64,000 bases of DNA from Dimorphilus gyrociliatus (taxonomy: Eukaryota; Animalia; Annelida). The notes below the pieces were generated by a model. It saw only the letters and a program-made list of their open reading frames with translations, was not told the origin of the DNA and did not search any database. The stretch lies in the NCBI GenBank assembly GCA_904063045.1, contig CAJFCJ010000007.1, positions 62,001-126,000 on the forward strand, in the 5' to 3' direction. The position numbers and the translations under genes were made by a program. Positions 63,229 through 64,000 of the stretch are shown here, piece after piece; the first letter of the stretch is position 1, and every line of letters starts with the position of its first letter.

Positions 63229-64000
63229 GTGTTATTAATTTTTTTAAAAATGTATGCAGTTAAACTAGACTGAATAAAAATTAATCTAAACACGCAAAAA
63301 AAGGATTAAGAAAAAATAATAATAAGATTATAGAGCGTTTTCTTACCTAACCAATACAAATTATCGATTTCTAATCAATTCAACGATTATTCGCGCCTTT
63401 AGAAAAAAATATGTATTTTAGGCCTAAAACAATTTAAAAGAAAAACTTGTTGCACGTTGAAACGGAAATTATTTATGACGGAAAAAGCACTTGGTATTTC
63501 AGTAAAGTTGACTTAAATTGTTTTTCTTCCCCTCCAACTTGTCAACACAATCATTATGGTCTTAAGCACCGGATCAATAATCTTTGAAGAATGAGATTAA
63601 TACGTGTTTGCTTACTAATAGCAAATTTCATAAGCCTAGAGGAGATTTTAACGCCTGGTCATGGGTCATCTGGCCACCAGCTGCGTGCAAACAAAAAGTA
63701 AAATGTTTTATGCTCTTTTTTTATTGAAGCAGTTCGATAACACTTGAAACAGAAAGGGCTTCTAATATTCTTCACCATATTTTTTTCATAGGCTGAGTCT
63801 AGTTTTTATTGTAAGTCCAAACAAATAACAAACAGAATAGGCCATAAAAATCCTATACAGAGAAAGACTATACAATGATAGTTCACCTGCTATTTATCAA
63901 ATCTGTATGGATTATTATGCTTATTATTTATTTAAGAAAAAAATATTCCGAAAAGGAAGCAATAGAAAAACCCTAAAAGGTAAGACATAATATTGATTAG

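Noticed and set aside
1-64000. CRISPR arrays, rRNA, tRNA, transposase/RT ORFs, prokaryotic operons or HGT islands
   Set aside because: None were seen. All recognised genes are typical animal families, and all but the single-exon ORFs carry spliceosomal introns.

Overview
This is eukaryotic (animal) genomic DNA. It is very AT-rich (roughly 25-28% GC by eye), with GT-AG introns mostly about 55-70 nt and many (TA)n/(GA)n microsatellites. The compact introns, innexin, vasopressin/oxytocin-type receptor and CTCF-like motifs suggest a small-genome invertebrate, most likely an annelid such as Dimorphilus (inference only). I spliced about 11 genes by hand: a secreted flavin amine/L-amino-acid-oxidase-like enzyme, a BTB-BACK protein with a divergent propeller, two tandem MATE (SLC47-like) transporters, an ionotropic glutamate receptor, an innexin, a two-Ig-domain membrane receptor, a vasopressin/oxytocin-family GPCR, a C21orf58/DUF4587-like gene with a 374-aa acidic ORF in its longest intron, a GPR21/52-like orphan GPCR, and an uncharacterised protein ending in a CRYLR motif. 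Two gene-poor stretches (about 31.5-39.9 kb and 46-56.7 kb) lie upstream of the GPCRs. The most interesting signals are: (i) an iGluR with a non-NMDA QQG pore but a GluN1/GluD-type (glycine/D-serine/GABA-like) ligand pocket; (ii) the multi-architecture C21orf58-like locus; (iii) dense CTCF-like motifs, including divergent pairs; (iv) altered key residues in the oxidase and in the vasopressin-type receptor. I saw no prokaryotic features, tRNA, rRNA, CRISPR array or transposase. All exon coordinates and counts are manual and no database search was run.
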